A stretch of 64,000 nt of DNA from an uncultured Sphingomonas sp. (GCF_913062585.1 NZ_CAJXWX010000003.1:136438-200437), one strand, 5' to 3'. Positions 9,636 to 19,856 are shown, counted from the stretch's first letter. The notes: generated by a model not told the origin, from the letters alone. A program made the numbers and translations.

Positions 9636-10121
9636 TTACTTCTTCCGCTTGAAGTCCACCGCGACGACATTGCTGCCGTCCTCGACCGGCTTGGCGACGG
9701 GTTCGTCATTTTCGGCCGAACCGTGCGGATCGGGATCGCTCTGGGGATCGTCGGCGACGTGGAAGCCCAGCTCGAACTGAACCTCCGGGTCCTGGAAACG
9801 GGTGATCGCCGAATAGGGAATCACCAGCTTCGAGGGCACCTGGTTGAAGCTGAGGCCGACCGAGAAGCGATTCTCGTCCACCGTCAAGTCCCAGAAGCGA
9901 TTCTGCAGGACGATGGTCATCTCGTCCGGGAATCGCTCGACCAGCCGCTGCGGGATGTCGACGCCAGGCGCCTGGGTCTTGAAGGTGATGTAGAAATGAT
10001 GCGTGCCGGGCAGTTGCCCCGTCTCCGCCACCGGGCCGAGCACACGCCCCACCACGGCGCGCAGGGCCTCCTGCACGATGTCGTCATAGGGGATGAGGCT
10101 GTCGGGCAATCCTTCGGTCAT
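9636..10121 (-). CDS. sspB: SspB family ClpXP adaptor (alphaproteobacterial type)
   Basis: HHFYITFKT..PGV, FPDEMTIVLQ..FWDL, C-terminal NVVAVDFKRKK ClpX-binding-type tail. Confidence 0.85.
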   Translation of the reverse strand: MTEGLPDSLIPYDDIVQEALRAVVGRVLGPVAETGQLPGTHHFYITFKTQAPGVDIPQRLVERFPDEMTIVLQNRFWDLTVDENRFSVGLSFNQVPSKLVIPYSAITRFQDPEVQFELGFHVADDPQSDPDPHGSAENDEPVAKPVEDGSNVVAVDFKRKK

Positions 10122-10193
10122 GGCCCATGGACTAGCGGCCTTTGATCGCGGGTCAAGATTGCATGGGACGGATAGGTGTTTAAGGGAGGGGCC

Positions 10194-10781
10194 ATGCGCA
10201 CCGCCACCGTCCACCGCGCCACCGCGGAAACCGTCATCGACGTCACCGTCAATCTCGACGGCACCGGCGTCTATCAGAACGCCACCGGCATCGGGTTTCT
10301 CGACCATATGCTCGACCAGCTGTCGCGGCATTCGCTGATCGATCTTTCGGTCAAGGTCGAGGGCGACCTGCATATCGACGGGCACCACACCACCGAGGAC
10401 AGCGCGCTGGCGATCGGACAGGCCTTTGCCAAGGCGCTGGGCGACAAGCGCGGCATCTATCGGTACGGCGAAGCGCTGTCGCCGATGGACGAGGTGCTGA
10501 CCCGCACCGCGCTCGACATTTCGGGGCGGCCCTGGCTGGTGTGGAAGGTACCGTTCACCAACCCGATGCTCGGCACGCTCCAGACCGAGATGATCGAGCA
10601 CTGGTTCCACAGCTTCGCACAGGAGGCCGGGATCACGCTCCACGTCGAGCTGCTGCACGGCCACAACAACCATCACATCGCCGAGAGCGTCTTCAAGGGC
10701 CTGGCGCGTGCGCTGCGGATGGCGGTCGAGATCGACCCGCGCAAGGCCGACGCCATCCCCTCGACCAAGGGCATGCTGTGA
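10194..10781 (+). CDS. hisB: imidazoleglycerol-phosphate dehydratase
   Basis: [29 protein letters not shown]. Confidence 0.95.
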   Translation: MRTATVHRATAETVIDVTVNLDGTGVYQNATGIGFLDHMLDQLSRHSLIDLSVKVEGDLHIDGHHTTEDSALAIGQAFAKALGDKRGIYRYGEALSPMDEVLTRTALDISGRPWLVWKVPFTNPMLGTLQTEMIEHWFHSFAQEAGITLHVELLHGHNNHHIAESVFKGLARALRMAVEIDPRKADAIPSTKGML

Positions 10782-11383
10782 CGCTGGCGCTGATCGACAT
10801 CGAGTCGGGCAATCTCCACTCGGTCGACAATGCCCTGCGCGCGGCAGGGGCGAGCGATGTCGTCATCACCGCCGATCCGGATGTGATCGCCAAGGCCGAC
10901 CGGATCGTGCTGCCGGGCGTCGGCGCGTTCGGCGCGTGCGCGGCCAATCTGCGCGCCGTCGACGGGCTGGAAGAGGCGCTGCGCGAGGCCGCCCTCACCC
11001 GCGCCCGCCCCTTTCTGGGCATTTGCGTGGGCATGCAGCTGCTCGCCGACACCGGCGAGGAAATGGGGGAGCATCGCGGGCTTGGCTGGATCCGCGGCCG
11101 TGTGGCGCGACTCACGCCGTCCGATCCGGCGGCGAAGGTGCCGCATATGGGCTGGAACGATGTCCGCCCATTGCACGACCACCCGCTGATCGTGCCGGGC
11201 GAGGCCTATTTCCTCCACAGTTTTGCCTTTACCGGCGAGCATGTGCTGGCGACCACCGACCATGACGGCGCCGTCACCGCCGCGATCGGCCGCGACACGA
11301 TCGTCGGCGCGCAATTCCACCCCGAGAAGAGCCAGCGTTATGGCCTCTCCTTCCTCACCCGTTTCCTGGAGTGGCATCCGTGA
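10778..11383 (+). CDS. hisH: imidazole glycerol phosphate synthase, glutaminase subunit
   Basis: [21 protein letters not shown]; GTG start overlapping hisB. Confidence 0.95.
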   Translation: MTLALIDIESGNLHSVDNALRAAGASDVVITADPDVIAKADRIVLPGVGAFGACAANLRAVDGLEEALREAALTRARPFLGICVGMQLLADTGEEMGEHRGLGWIRGRVARLTPSDPAAKVPHMGWNDVRPLHDHPLIVPGEAYFLHSFAFTGEHVLATTDHDGAVTAAIGRDTIVGAQFHPEKSQRYGLSFLTRFLEWHP

Positions 11384-12114
11384 GCCTGATCGTCTTTCCC
11401 GCCATCGACCTGAAGGGCGGCCAAGTGGTGCGTCTGGCCGAGGGCGATATGGACCGCGCGACCGTCTATGGCGACGATCCCACCCATCAGGCGATGCTCT
11501 TCGCCGAGGCGGGCGCGCAGCATCTGCACGTCGTCGACCTCGACGGCGCCTTTGCGGGCGAGTCGGTCAATGGCGAGGCGGTGCAGGCGATCGTCCAGGC
11601 GTTCCCCGGCCATGTCCAGCTGGGCGGCGGCATCCGTAACCCTGCGAATGTCGAGCGCTGGTTCGATCTGGGCGTCTCGCGCGTGGTGATCGGCACTGCG
11701 GCGCTGGAGAATCCCGACTTCGTGCGTGACATGGCCAAGGCCTATCCCGGTGGCATCGTCGTCGCGGTCGATGCCAAGGACGGCATGGTCGCCACGCGCG
11801 GCTGGGCAGACGTGTCGGACGTGTCGGTCGAGGATCTGGCGCGGCGGTTCGAGGATGCGGGCGTGGCCGCGCTCCTCTTTACGGACGTGGGCCGTGATGG
11901 GTTGCTCAAGGGCTGCAACGTGCCTGCAACCGTCGATCTGGCGCGCGCGGTGCGGATTCCCGTCATCGCCAGCGGCGGTGTGGCGGGAATCGGCGACATT
12001 CATATGCTGGCCCTCCATCATCAGGACGGGGTCGAGGGCGTCATCACCGGCCGCGCGCTCTATGACGGGCGGCTCGATCTGGCGGCGGCCTTGTCGGTGG
12101 CGGCGGCCGCATGA
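11380..12114 (+). CDS. hisA: ProFAR isomerase
   Basis: [33 protein letters not shown]. Confidence 0.95.
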   Translation: MSLIVFPAIDLKGGQVVRLAEGDMDRATVYGDDPTHQAMLFAEAGAQHLHVVDLDGAFAGESVNGEAVQAIVQAFPGHVQLGGGIRNPANVERWFDLGVSRVVIGTAALENPDFVRDMAKAYPGGIVVAVDAKDGMVATRGWADVSDVSVEDLARRFEDAGVAALLFTDVGRDGLLKGCNVPATVDLARAVRIPVIASGGVAGIGDIHMLALHHQDGVEGVITGRALYDGRLDLAAALSVAAAA

Positions 12115-12872
12115 CCGTCCGTGCGCGTGTCATCCCCTGTCTCGACGTCGCGAACGGCCGGGTGGTCAAGGGCGTCAACTTCGTCGACCTGATCGATGCG
12201 GGCGATCCCGTCGAACAGGCGCGCGCCTATGACGCCGCCGGCGCGGACGAGCTGTGCTTCCTCGACATCACCGCCAGCCATGAGGCGCGCGGCACCATCC
12301 TGGACGTGGTGCGGCGGACGGCGGCGGTATGCTTCATGCCGCTGACCGTGGGCGGCGGGGTCCGCACGGCGGAGGATGCGCGTGCGCTGTTGCTGGCAGG
12401 GGCGGACAAGGTGGCGGTCAACTCCGCCGCCGTCAGCCGCCCGGAGGTCGTCTCCGACATTGCCGAGCGATTCGGCAGCCAGTGCTGCGTCGCCAGCGTC
12501 GACGCACGGCGGACGGCAGATGGCTGGGAGGTGTTCACCCATGGCGGACGGCGCGCGACCGGGATCGACGCGGTCGAGCATGCGCTGCGCCTGGCGGAGC
12601 TGGGTGCTGGCGAACTCCTCGTCACCTCGATGGACCGGGACGGGACGCGGGGCGGATATGACCTGGAGTTGATCCGCACCATCGCCGATCGGACCAGCGT
12701 GCCGGTGGTGGCGAGCGGCGGAGTCGGCGGGCTGGACGATCTGGTCGCGGGGGTGCGTGACGGTCATGCCTCGGCGGTGCTGGCGGCGTCGATCTTCCAC
12801 TTCGGTGATGCGTCGATCGCGGATGCGCACCGGGCGCTGGCAGCGGCGGGGGTGCCGGTTCGGGCACATTGA
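12111..12872 (+). CDS. hisF: imidazole glycerol phosphate synthase, cyclase subunit
   Basis: [38 protein letters not shown]. Confidence 0.95.
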   Translation: MTVRARVIPCLDVANGRVVKGVNFVDLIDAGDPVEQARAYDAAGADELCFLDITASHEARGTILDVVRRTAAVCFMPLTVGGGVRTAEDARALLLAGADKVAVNSAAVSRPEVVSDIAERFGSQCCVASVDARRTADGWEVFTHGGRRATGIDAVEHALRLAELGAGELLVTSMDRDGTRGGYDLELIRTIADRTSVPVVASGGVGGLDDLVAGVRDGHASAVLAASIFHFGDASIADAHRALAAAGVPVRAH

Positions 12873-13242
12873 TTTCACGCGAAGCCGCTAAGCCGCGAAG
12901 GTTTTTGGGGTTCGCGCGGAGGCGCGGAGAGTTTGGATTTGGGGGGCTGCATGGCGGCTCATGCACGGTGTTTGTCTTCCGATTGCCACGCCGCCCTACC
13001 CCCGTTCACGCTGAGCGAAGTCGAAGCGTACGCCCTGCCCTTTGCCAGACGGGATTCCCTTGGCCTTCGACTTCGCTCGGGCTGAACGGCGGTGGGATTA
13101 CGGGCAACCGCCATCGACCGGGAGACCTTCCCACGTCAGTGAGGCAGACCGCCGCGCCCCCTCCAAGACCAAACTCTCTGCGCCTCCGCGCCTCTGCGCG
13201 AACCAAAAAAACCGTCGCGCCTTCGCGTCTTCGCGCGAACTC
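12873..13242. repeat. nested composite palindromic repeat
   Basis: Outer inverted arms (CGCGAAG..CGCGGAGGCGCGGAG / CTCCGCGCCTCTGCG..CTTCGCG) enclose an inverted pair of the 28-bp REP-like unit. Confidence 0.75.
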
Positions 13243-13288
13243 AAATCCCCCGGATGACCCGCTCCCGCGACGCTGCTAAACTCCCTCC

Positions 13289-13444
13289 ATGCCACTCGCG
13301 ATCATGACCCCTGCCAACGGCCATAGCGGTATCATCCGCGTGCGCACCCATCCGGAGTTGTCGGACATCGCGCTGTTCGTCTTTGCGATCGGCGCGATCT
13401 GGTTCCTGCGTCGTGCCATGCGCCGCCGCAATCGCAAGGATTGA
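13289..13444 (+). CDS. 51-aa PEP-CTERM-like microprotein (not in ORF track)
   Basis: Manual translation ends HPELSDIALFVFAIGAIWFLRRAMRRRNRKD: PE, a TM helix and a basic tail; start uncertain (13289 or 13304). Confidence 0.6.
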   Translation: MPLAIMTPANGHSGIIRVRTHPELSDIALFVFAIGAIWFLRRAMRRRNRKD

Positions 13445-13476
13445 CGCGGACGCGTCGGCGCGTCACCCAGCCGCGC

Positions 13477-13791
13477 ATGGACATGCTCGACCGCCTCGAA
13501 GCCACGATCCGCGCGCGCCGCGACGAAGGTGACGCCGCCACCTCCTATGCCGCCAGCCTGTTCGCCAAGGGACGGCCGAAGATCGCGCAGAAACTGGGCG
13601 AGGAAGCGGTCGAAACCGTCATCGCCGCCATGGCCCAGCCCGACAAGATCGTGTCGGAGGCCGCCGACCTCATGTTCCACCTGATCGTGCTGCTGGCCGA
13701 CACCGGCCATTCGCTGGACGATGTCCGCGCCGAACTCGCCCGGCGCGAGGGCGTGTCGGGGCATGACGAAAAGGCCGCGCGCGCCCGCTGA
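13477..13791 (+). CDS. hisE: phosphoribosyl-ATP pyrophosphatase
   Basis: SYAASL...IAQKLGEEAVE, SEAADLMFHL, EL.RREG.SG. Confidence 0.93.
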   Translation: MDMLDRLEATIRARRDEGDAATSYAASLFAKGRPKIAQKLGEEAVETVIAAMAQPDKIVSEAADLMFHLIVLLADTGHSLDDVRAELARREGVSGHDEKAARAR

Positions 13792-13808
13792 TCCCTCGGA
13801 GACCATTG

Positions 13809-14186
13809 ATGCCGATCGACGCCACCCTGCCCTATGACGACCAGAATGTCTTCGCGAAGATCCTGCGCGGCGAGATTCCGTCGACCCGCGTCTATGAAGA
13901 CGAGTGGGCGGTCGCCTTCCACGACATCGCGCCGCACGCGCCGACCCATATCCTGGTGATCCCGCGCGGCGCGTATGTGTCGTGGGACGATTTCTCGACC
14001 CGAGCGAGCGAAGCGGAGATCGCCGGTTTCGTCCGTGCCGTCGGCCATGTCGCGCGCGAAGCGGGGGCGGTTCAGCCGGGATACCGGCTGCTGGCGAATA
14101 TCGGGCCCGATGCCGGACAGGAAGTGCCGCATCTCCATGTCCATATCCTGGCGGGCAGGCCGCTCGGCCCGATGCTGGCGCGCTGA
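13809..14186 (+). CDS. HIT family nucleotide-binding protein
   Basis: NVFAKILRGEIP, HLHVHIL histidine triad. Confidence 0.92.
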   Translation: MPIDATLPYDDQNVFAKILRGEIPSTRVYEDEWAVAFHDIAPHAPTHILVIPRGAYVSWDDFSTRASEAEIAGFVRAVGHVAREAGAVQPGYRLLANIGPDAGQEVPHLHVHILAGRPLGPMLAR

Positions 14187-14203
14187 CGTCCCCTCTTGGC
14201 ACG

Positions 14204-14275
14204 CCCCTCCCGCCTGCGGGAGGGGCTTACCGCGATAGGAACACCATTCCCACTCCCCCAACCGGGAGAGGGCTT
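14204..14275. repeat. CCCCTCCCGCCTGCGGGAGGGG palindrome plus degenerate partner
   Basis: Same 22-mer recurs at 26572. Confidence 0.65.
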
Positions 14276-14412
14276 TAATCGCGCCCCGACCGCATCCCCG
14301 GCGTCTTAGGGATTGCGCGTAATAAAATTGCAGCTAACTTCCCCGACCATTCACCGGACGCCGGGCGCGCCTCATATCGGGGCCGCCCTTCCCTTGGGGG
14401 GATTGGACATTC

Positions 14413-15951
14413 ATGATTTTCGGGCGCGTTAAGCCTCTGGACGCCATTTTGGCGACCGCCGAGAAGAAGGGGCTGCAACGATCGCTAGGCGCGTTCCAGC
14501 TCACCATGCTGGGTATCGGCGCGGTCATCGGCACGGGCATCTTCGTTCTCACCTCCGAAGCCGCGCAAAAGGCGGGGCCGGGGATGATGCTGTCGTTCGT
14601 GCTGGCAGGCTTTGTCTGCGCGGTGGCGGCACTCTGCTATTCCGAGCTGGCCTCGATGGTGCCGGTCGCCGGGTCGGCTTATACCTATACCTATGCGGTC
14701 ATGGGCGAACTGCTCGCCTGGATGGTCGGCTGGGCGCTGATCCTGGAATATGCGGTCGGCGCCTCGGCCGTCGCGGTCGGCTGGTCGGGTTATGTGGTGG
14801 GGCAGATCCGCAACCTGCTGGGCATCGACATACCGATGGAGTGGGTTAACGGCCCCTCCTCGGGCGGCTATATCAACCTGCCCGCCGTCATCATCTCGCT
14901 GCTCGTCACCTGGCTGCTGGTCGTCGGCACGACCGAGAGCGCGCGCGTCAACGCCATCCTGGTCGCGATCAAGGTCGCCGCGCTGACCTTGTTCATCGCG
15001 CTGTCGGTGCCGGTGATGAACGGCGCGAATTTCCACCCGTTCATGCCGACCGGCCTGACGGGCGTGGCGGGCGCCGCGGCCTCGATCTTCTTCGCCTATG
15101 TCGGCTTCGACGCGGTCTCGACCGCCGCCGAGGAAACCAAGAACCCGCAGCGCAACGTGCCGATCGGCCTGATCGCCTCGCTGCTGTTCTGCACCGTCTT
15201 CTACCTGCTGGTGTCGGCGGGCGCGATCGGTTCGCCGCTGGGTGCGCAGCCGGTGCGCGATGCCGCCGGCGTCGTGCTGTCGCCCGGCACGTCGGAACTG
15301 ACCGCGCAGTGCAAGGCGGTCGTCGCCAGTGGCGCGGCCGAACCGCTGTCCTGCTCGAAGGAAGCGCTGGCGCATGTCCTGCGCACCATCGGCTGGGAAA
15401 AGATCGGCAACCTGATCGGCCTGGCCGCCACGCTGGCGCTGCCCTCGGTCGTGCTGATGATGATGTTCGGCCAGACCCGCGTGTTCTTCACCATGGCGCG
15501 TGACGGCCTGTTGCCCAAGGCGTTCGCCAAGGTCCATCCGAAGTACAAGACGCCGCACGTCGTCACGATCGTGACGGGTCTGGCCGCGACCTTCGCATCG
15601 GCCTTCCTGCCGGTCGGCAAGCTGGCCAATTATTCCAATTCGGGCACGCTCTTCGCCTTCCTGATGGTGGCCGTGTCGGTGCTGGTGCTGCGTCGGACCG
15701 ACCCGGATCGTCGTCGTCCGTTCCGCACGCCCTTGGTGTGGATCGTCGCGCCGCTCGCGATCGTCGGCTGCCTGTATCTGTTCCTCTCGCTCGACTGGGG
15801 CTCGATCCTCGTCCTGCCCATCTGGGGTGCGGTCGGCCTGGCCATCTATTTCGGCTATAGCCGCAAGCGCAGCTATGTCGGGCGCGGCATCGTCGATGTC
15901 GTCGACGATCCCGCGATGCAGCCGGAGGTCGCCAAGCCGATCGACCGCTGA
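14413..15951 (+). CDS. APC family amino acid permease
   Basis: GIGAVIGTGIF, YSELASMVPVAGSAY, FFAYVGFD; about 12-14 TM segments. Confidence 0.92.
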   Translation: MIFGRVKPLDAILATAEKKGLQRSLGAFQLTMLGIGAVIGTGIFVLTSEAAQKAGPGMMLSFVLAGFVCAVAALCYSELASMVPVAGSAYTYTYAVMGELLAWMVGWALILEYAVGASAVAVGWSGYVVGQIRNLLGIDIPMEWVNGPSSGGYINLPAVIISLLVTWLLVVGTTESARVNAILVAIKVAALTLFIALSVPVMNGANFHPFMPTGLTGVAGAAASIFFAYVGFDAVSTAAEETKNPQRNVPIGLIASLLFCTVFYLLVSAGAIGSPLGAQPVRDAAGVVLSPGTSELTAQCKAVVASGAAEPLSCSKEALAHVLRTIGWEKIGNLIGLAATLALPSVVLMMMFGQTRVFFTMARDGLLPKAFAKVHPKYKTPHVVTIVTGLAATFASAFLPVGKLANYSNSGTLFAFLMVAVSVLVLRRTDPDRRRPFRTPLVWIVAPLAIVGCLYLFLSLDWGSILVLPIWGAVGLAIYFGYSRKRSYVGRGIVDVVDDPAMQPEVAKPIDR

Positions 15952-15969
15952 TCGGTTTCGCGAAGACAT

Positions 15970-16007
15970 GGAAAAGGCCCGGGGGAGCGATCCTCCGGGC
16001 CTTTTCC
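15970..16007. terminator. bidirectional intrinsic terminator
   Basis: GGAAAAGGCCCGG..CCGGGCCTTTTCC. Confidence 0.75.
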
Positions 16008-16019
16008 GTTTGGGCTCCT

Positions 16020-16124
16020 GCCCCTCCACCACCCGGCTGGGCCGGGTGGTCCCCCTCCCCAAGCCTAGCTTGGGGAGGAATGGGTTAGGCCTTCCTCCGT
16101 TCAGCCTGAGCGAAGTCGAAGGCC
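16020..16124. repeat. two adjacent palindromic repeat units
   Basis: 16020-16080 is the reverse complement of the 3258-type unit; 16097-16124 is the 28-bp REP-like unit. Confidence 0.7.
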
Positions 16125-16135
16125 ACGCTTATCTC

Positions 16136-17128
16136 TCAGAGGCTGGCGGCGAGCGTCTTCAGATCGACCTGGGGCCGCGCGCCGAAATGGCTGATGATCT
16201 CGGCGGCGCAAGCCGCACCCAGCGTCAGCGAGGCCTTCAGGTCCTGGCCATGCGTCTGGCCATAGAGGAAGCCCGCCGCGAACAGGTCGCCCGCGCCCGT
16301 CGTGTCGACGACCTTGTCGACCGGATGCGCCGGAACGGTGACGCGCTCGTCACCGCGCTGTGCCAGCGCGCCCTTTTCGGCGAGGGTCACGACCAGCGTC
16401 TCGACCTTGTCCTTCAGCGCGGCGATCGCCGCCTCGACATCCGCCGTCTCGGTCAGCGCGACGATCTCGGTCTCATTGGCGAAGATCACGTCGATCATGC
16501 CGCCGTCGATCAGGGCGTGGAAATCGGCGCGGTGGCGGTCGATGACGAACTCGGCCGAGGCGGTGAAGGCGACCTTGCGGCCCGCATCCCGCGCAACTTG
16601 GATCGCAGCGCGCATCGCGGCGCGCGGTTCTTCGGGATCCCAGAGATAGCCCTCGATATAGAGATAGGCCGCATCGGCGATCAGCGCGCGGTCGAGCGCT
16701 TCGGCGGGCAGATAGTGCGACGCGCCGAGGAAGGTATTCATCGTCCGCTGCCCATCGGGGCTGACGAAGATCATGCAGCGCGCGGTGGTCGGCAGGCCCG
16801 CGCGGGCGGGCACGTCGAAGCGGACGCCCGCCGCGCGGATGTCGTGCCCGAAGACCTGGCCCAGCTGGTCGTCGGCGACCTGGCCGATGAACGCGGTCTT
16901 GCCGCCCAACGCAGCCATGCCCGCCAGGGTGTTCGCCGCCGAACCGCCCGAAATCTCGCGGCCGGGGCCCATCTTGGAATAGAGGGCGTCGGCCTCCTCG
17001 GTCGAGAAGACGAGCTGCATCGCGCCCTTCGTCATGCCCTGTTCGGCGATGAAATCATCCTCGGCAGAGGCCAGGATGTCGACGATCGCATTGCCGATCG
17101 CCACCACGTCGTAAGTGGGGTTGCTCAA
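16136..17128 (-). CDS. PfkB family carbohydrate/adenosine kinase
   Basis: GNAIVD, SGGSAANT, VVDTTGAGDLFAAG. Confidence 0.9.
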   Translation of the reverse strand: MSNPTYDVVAIGNAIVDILASAEDDFIAEQGMTKGAMQLVFSTEEADALYSKMGPGREISGGSAANTLAGMAALGGKTAFIGQVADDQLGQVFGHDIRAAGVRFDVPARAGLPTTARCMIFVSPDGQRTMNTFLGASHYLPAEALDRALIADAAYLYIEGYLWDPEEPRAAMRAAIQVARDAGRKVAFTASAEFVIDRHRADFHALIDGGMIDVIFANETEIVALTETADVEAAIAALKDKVETLVVTLAEKGALAQRGDERVTVPAHPVDKVVDTTGAGDLFAAGFLYGQTHGQDLKASLTLGAACAAEIISHFGARPQVDLKTLAASL

Positions 17129-17256
17129 GAAAGGGACTCCGGGAAAAATAGCTGTGATACCGCCGCCCTAGTCAGGGCCATGTCCCCATGCAAGTTGGCC
17201 GGCCGCCAGCCCATCACGCATTGACTCCGTCGCGTCGGCCACCGCATCCCTGCGCG

Positions 17257-17934
17257 ATGATCCGCGCCTTCTTTCTGTCGATAGGCCAGCTGGGCGATCC
17301 GGCGATCCGCCGGGTGCTGGTCCGCTCGCTGGCACTCACCTTCGCGCTGTTCGCGGTGGCGGGCCTGGCCCTCTGGTGGGGCGTCCGCGCGGCGCTGACG
17401 GGGTGGCTGGGGGCGCAGGCAGGCGGCTGGTCGGCGGCGCTGACCCTGGTGGTCGAGATACTTGCGCTGTGGATTGCCTTTCGCGCAGTGGCGGTCGGCG
17501 TGGTCGGGATCTTCGCCGACGACATCGTCGCGGCGGTCGAGGCGCGCCATTATCCGCAAGGCCTGGCGAGCGCGCGGCCGGTATCGCTGGCGCGCGGGAT
17601 GGCGATGGGCCTGGGATCGGGCTTGCGCGTCGTCGCGATCAACCTGATCCTGTTGCCGCTCTATATCGTCCTGCTGGTCACCGGCGTTGGCACGGCGGTG
17701 GCGTTCCTGCTGGTCAATGCCTGGCTGTTGTCGCGCGATCTGGGCGACATGGTCGCGGCACGGCATCTGGACGGGCCTGCCATGCGTCGCTGGCGCAAGG
17801 CGACCGGGCCCAGGCGCTTCCTCCTGGGACTTGCCGCGGCCGCCCTGTTCGTGGTTCCAGGGCTCAATCTGCTCGCGCCCGTCCTGGGGGCGAGCATGGC
17901 GACCCATTTCTTCCACAGGAGACCCCGCGCGTGA
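17257..17934 (+). CDS. EI24/CysZ-like membrane protein
   Basis: Hydrophobic helices, FADDIVAAVEARHY, VPGLNLLAPV. Confidence 0.75.
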   Translation: MIRAFFLSIGQLGDPAIRRVLVRSLALTFALFAVAGLALWWGVRAALTGWLGAQAGGWSAALTLVVEILALWIAFRAVAVGVVGIFADDIVAAVEARHYPQGLASARPVSLARGMAMGLGSGLRVVAINLILLPLYIVLLVTGVGTAVAFLLVNAWLLSRDLGDMVAARHLDGPAMRRWRKATGPRRFLLGLAAAALFVVPGLNLLAPVLGASMATHFFHRRPRA

Positions 17935-18311
17935 TCCGCCGCTATGCGTTGCCGCTCTTTCCGCTGATCGTGCTGGCGGGGTGTACCGTGCCGCAGACCG
18001 CCGCGCCGGTCCGCACCGGCGGCATGGCCCCGGTCCCGGTGCCCTATACCAGCGTCGGGCTGGAACGGGTCATCGGCCAGGACGCCGCCGGGCTGACCAA
18101 GCTGTTCGGCACGCCCGATGCCGATGTCCGCGAAGGCACCGCCCGCAAGCTGCAATTCCAGGGCAGCTTCTGCGTGCTCGACGCCTATCTCTACCCCAAG
18201 GACGGGGCGGAGCCGCGCGTCACCTATCTCGACGCGCGCGAACCCGATGGCAGCTCGATCGACCGGGCGAGCTGCGTCGCGGCGCTGACCCGGCGCGACG
18301 GCGGACGCTGA
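17931..18311 (+). CDS. hypothetical lipoprotein
   Basis: Lipobox LAGC; overlaps both neighbours. Confidence 0.7.
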   Translation: MIRRYALPLFPLIVLAGCTVPQTAAPVRTGGMAPVPVPYTSVGLERVIGQDAAGLTKLFGTPDADVREGTARKLQFQGSFCVLDAYLYPKDGAEPRVTYLDAREPDGSSIDRASCVAALTRRDGGR

Positions 18312-18931
18312 TGCGCCCCGACCTGTGGTTCGCCTTCGTCGCCGCGACGCTGGTGATCGGCCTGATCCCCGGTCCGGGCGTGGCGGCGATCCTGGGCTAT
18401 GCGATCGGATCGGGACGACGGACCGCCTTCGCCTCGGTCGCCGGGTTGATGCTCGGCAACATGGCAGCGGCCACCGCCAGCCTGCTCGGCATGGGCGCGG
18501 TGCTTGCCGCCTCGGCCTTTCTGTTCGGACTGCTCAAATGGGCGGGAGCGGCCTATCTGATCGCGGTGGGCGCGATCGGTTTATGGCGGGCGCGCCATGC
18601 CCATGCCGTCGCGGTTCGCCCGCGCCAGATCTCTCCGCGCGCGGCCTTTCTGGGCAATCTCGGCATCGGAACCTTCCATCCCAAGACGATCCTGTTCCTG
18701 GCCGCCTTCGCCCCGCAGTTCCTGGATTCCCAGCGCCCCTATGCGACGCAGGCGGCGGTTCTGGTCGCGACCTTCGCCCTGACCCTGGCCTTGACGGACG
18801 GCTGCTATGCCTGGGCAGCATCCGGTGCGGGCGGGTTGCTGCGTTCGCCGCGCACCCAGGCCTGGGCGCAACGCGCGGGCGGCGGTGCGTTGATTTTCGC
18901 GGGTTTCGCGACAGCTGCCATCCGGCAATAA
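18311..18931 (+). CDS. LysE family translocator
   Basis: PGPG motif, LKWAGAAYL, HPKTILF. Confidence 0.9.
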   Translation: MRPDLWFAFVAATLVIGLIPGPGVAAILGYAIGSGRRTAFASVAGLMLGNMAAATASLLGMGAVLAASAFLFGLLKWAGAAYLIAVGAIGLWRARHAHAVAVRPRQISPRAAFLGNLGIGTFHPKTILFLAAFAPQFLDSQRPYATQAAVLVATFALTLALTDGCYAWAASGAGGLLRSPRTQAWAQRAGGGALIFAGFATAAIRQ

Positions 18932-19106
18932 TAAAGTAATCGGAATGTGCCGTTTTGGTTAACTGAATTTTACTGTGGCAAAAAGTTCCACATCGCCCAA
19001 AAAAATTGCTGCAGTGCAGGAACAAATTTACGTCTTTGCCCGTATACGCTAATGGGACGATGAACCACGCCGCGTCTTGGCGGTAGTTCGCCATGGGAGA
19101 TTGTAT

Positions 19107-19343
19107 ATGATGAAGTTCCTGTCTGCTGTTGCCGCCACCGCCCTGGTTGCCGCTCCGGTTGCTGCTGCTCCGGCCAACCCGGCTGCCAGCCTGTCGGTTT
19201 CGAAGTCGGTCCGCGCCTCGGCCCCGACCGCCAAGGGCAACAAGCTGGCCGGCGCCGGCATCCTGGCCGCTCTGATCGCTGCTGGCGTCGTCGCCATCGG
19301 CGTCGTCGCTGTCACCAAGGACGACAGCGCCGCGAGCAACTGA
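19107..19343 (+). CDS. small secreted/membrane-anchored protein
   Basis: GGGAG RBS, signal peptide, C-terminal hydrophobic helix, downstream terminator. Confidence 0.7.
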   Translation: MMKFLSAVAATALVAAPVAAAPANPAASLSVSKSVRASAPTAKGNKLAGAGILAALIAAGVVAIGVVAVTKDDSAASN

Positions 19344-19408
19344 TTGTCGCGGGCGGGGGAAACCCCGCCCCGATCATCACCGCTCGGGTCCAATCCCCAG
19401 CGGACGGA

Positions 19409-19434
19409 AGGGAGCCGGTTTCGGCTCCCTTTTT
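19409..19434 (+). terminator. intrinsic terminator
   Basis: AGGGAGCCG-GTTT-CGGCTCCCT-TTTT. Confidence 0.8.
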
Positions 19435-19445
19435 CGTTCTGGGGC

Positions 19446-19856
19446 TTACGCACCCCAATCGGGTCCATCGGGATCGGGATAAAAGCCATCCTGCTCGGGG
19501 CCGACCGACGACGGCGCCCGGTCGTCCTTTAGCGGCAGTGTCGGGGCCTCGCCCCCGAATCGCACCCGGATATAGCCGACCGCCCCCTTCATCCCCTGAT
19601 AGATCGCCCGCACCACCTCACCGCGTCGAAGGCGTGCACCGATCAGCGGCGCGCGTTCGGCCGAGAGATAACCGATCTGGACATCCCGCGCGCTGAACAC
19701 CGCCACCGCATTGGGATCGTGCCGGTTGCGCGGCTCGGGCCGCAACGTCACCGGATCGCCCGGGGCCGACGCCATCAGCTCGAAACGCCGATTGCTGCGT
19801 GCCTTGTCCTCGTTGGGAAAGTCGATCCCGACCACGGTCAGCGTCATCTCGTCCAT
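19446..19856 (-). CDS. HIRAN domain protein
   Basis: VVGIDF, L.PEP.N.HDPNAVAV, QIGYL. Confidence 0.85.
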   Translation of the reverse strand: MDEMTLTVVGIDFPNEDKARSNRRFELMASAPGDPVTLRPEPRNRHDPNAVAVFSARDVQIGYLSAERAPLIGARLRRGEVVRAIYQGMKGAVGYIRVRFGGEAPTLPLKDDRAPSSVGPEQDGFYPDPDGPDWGA

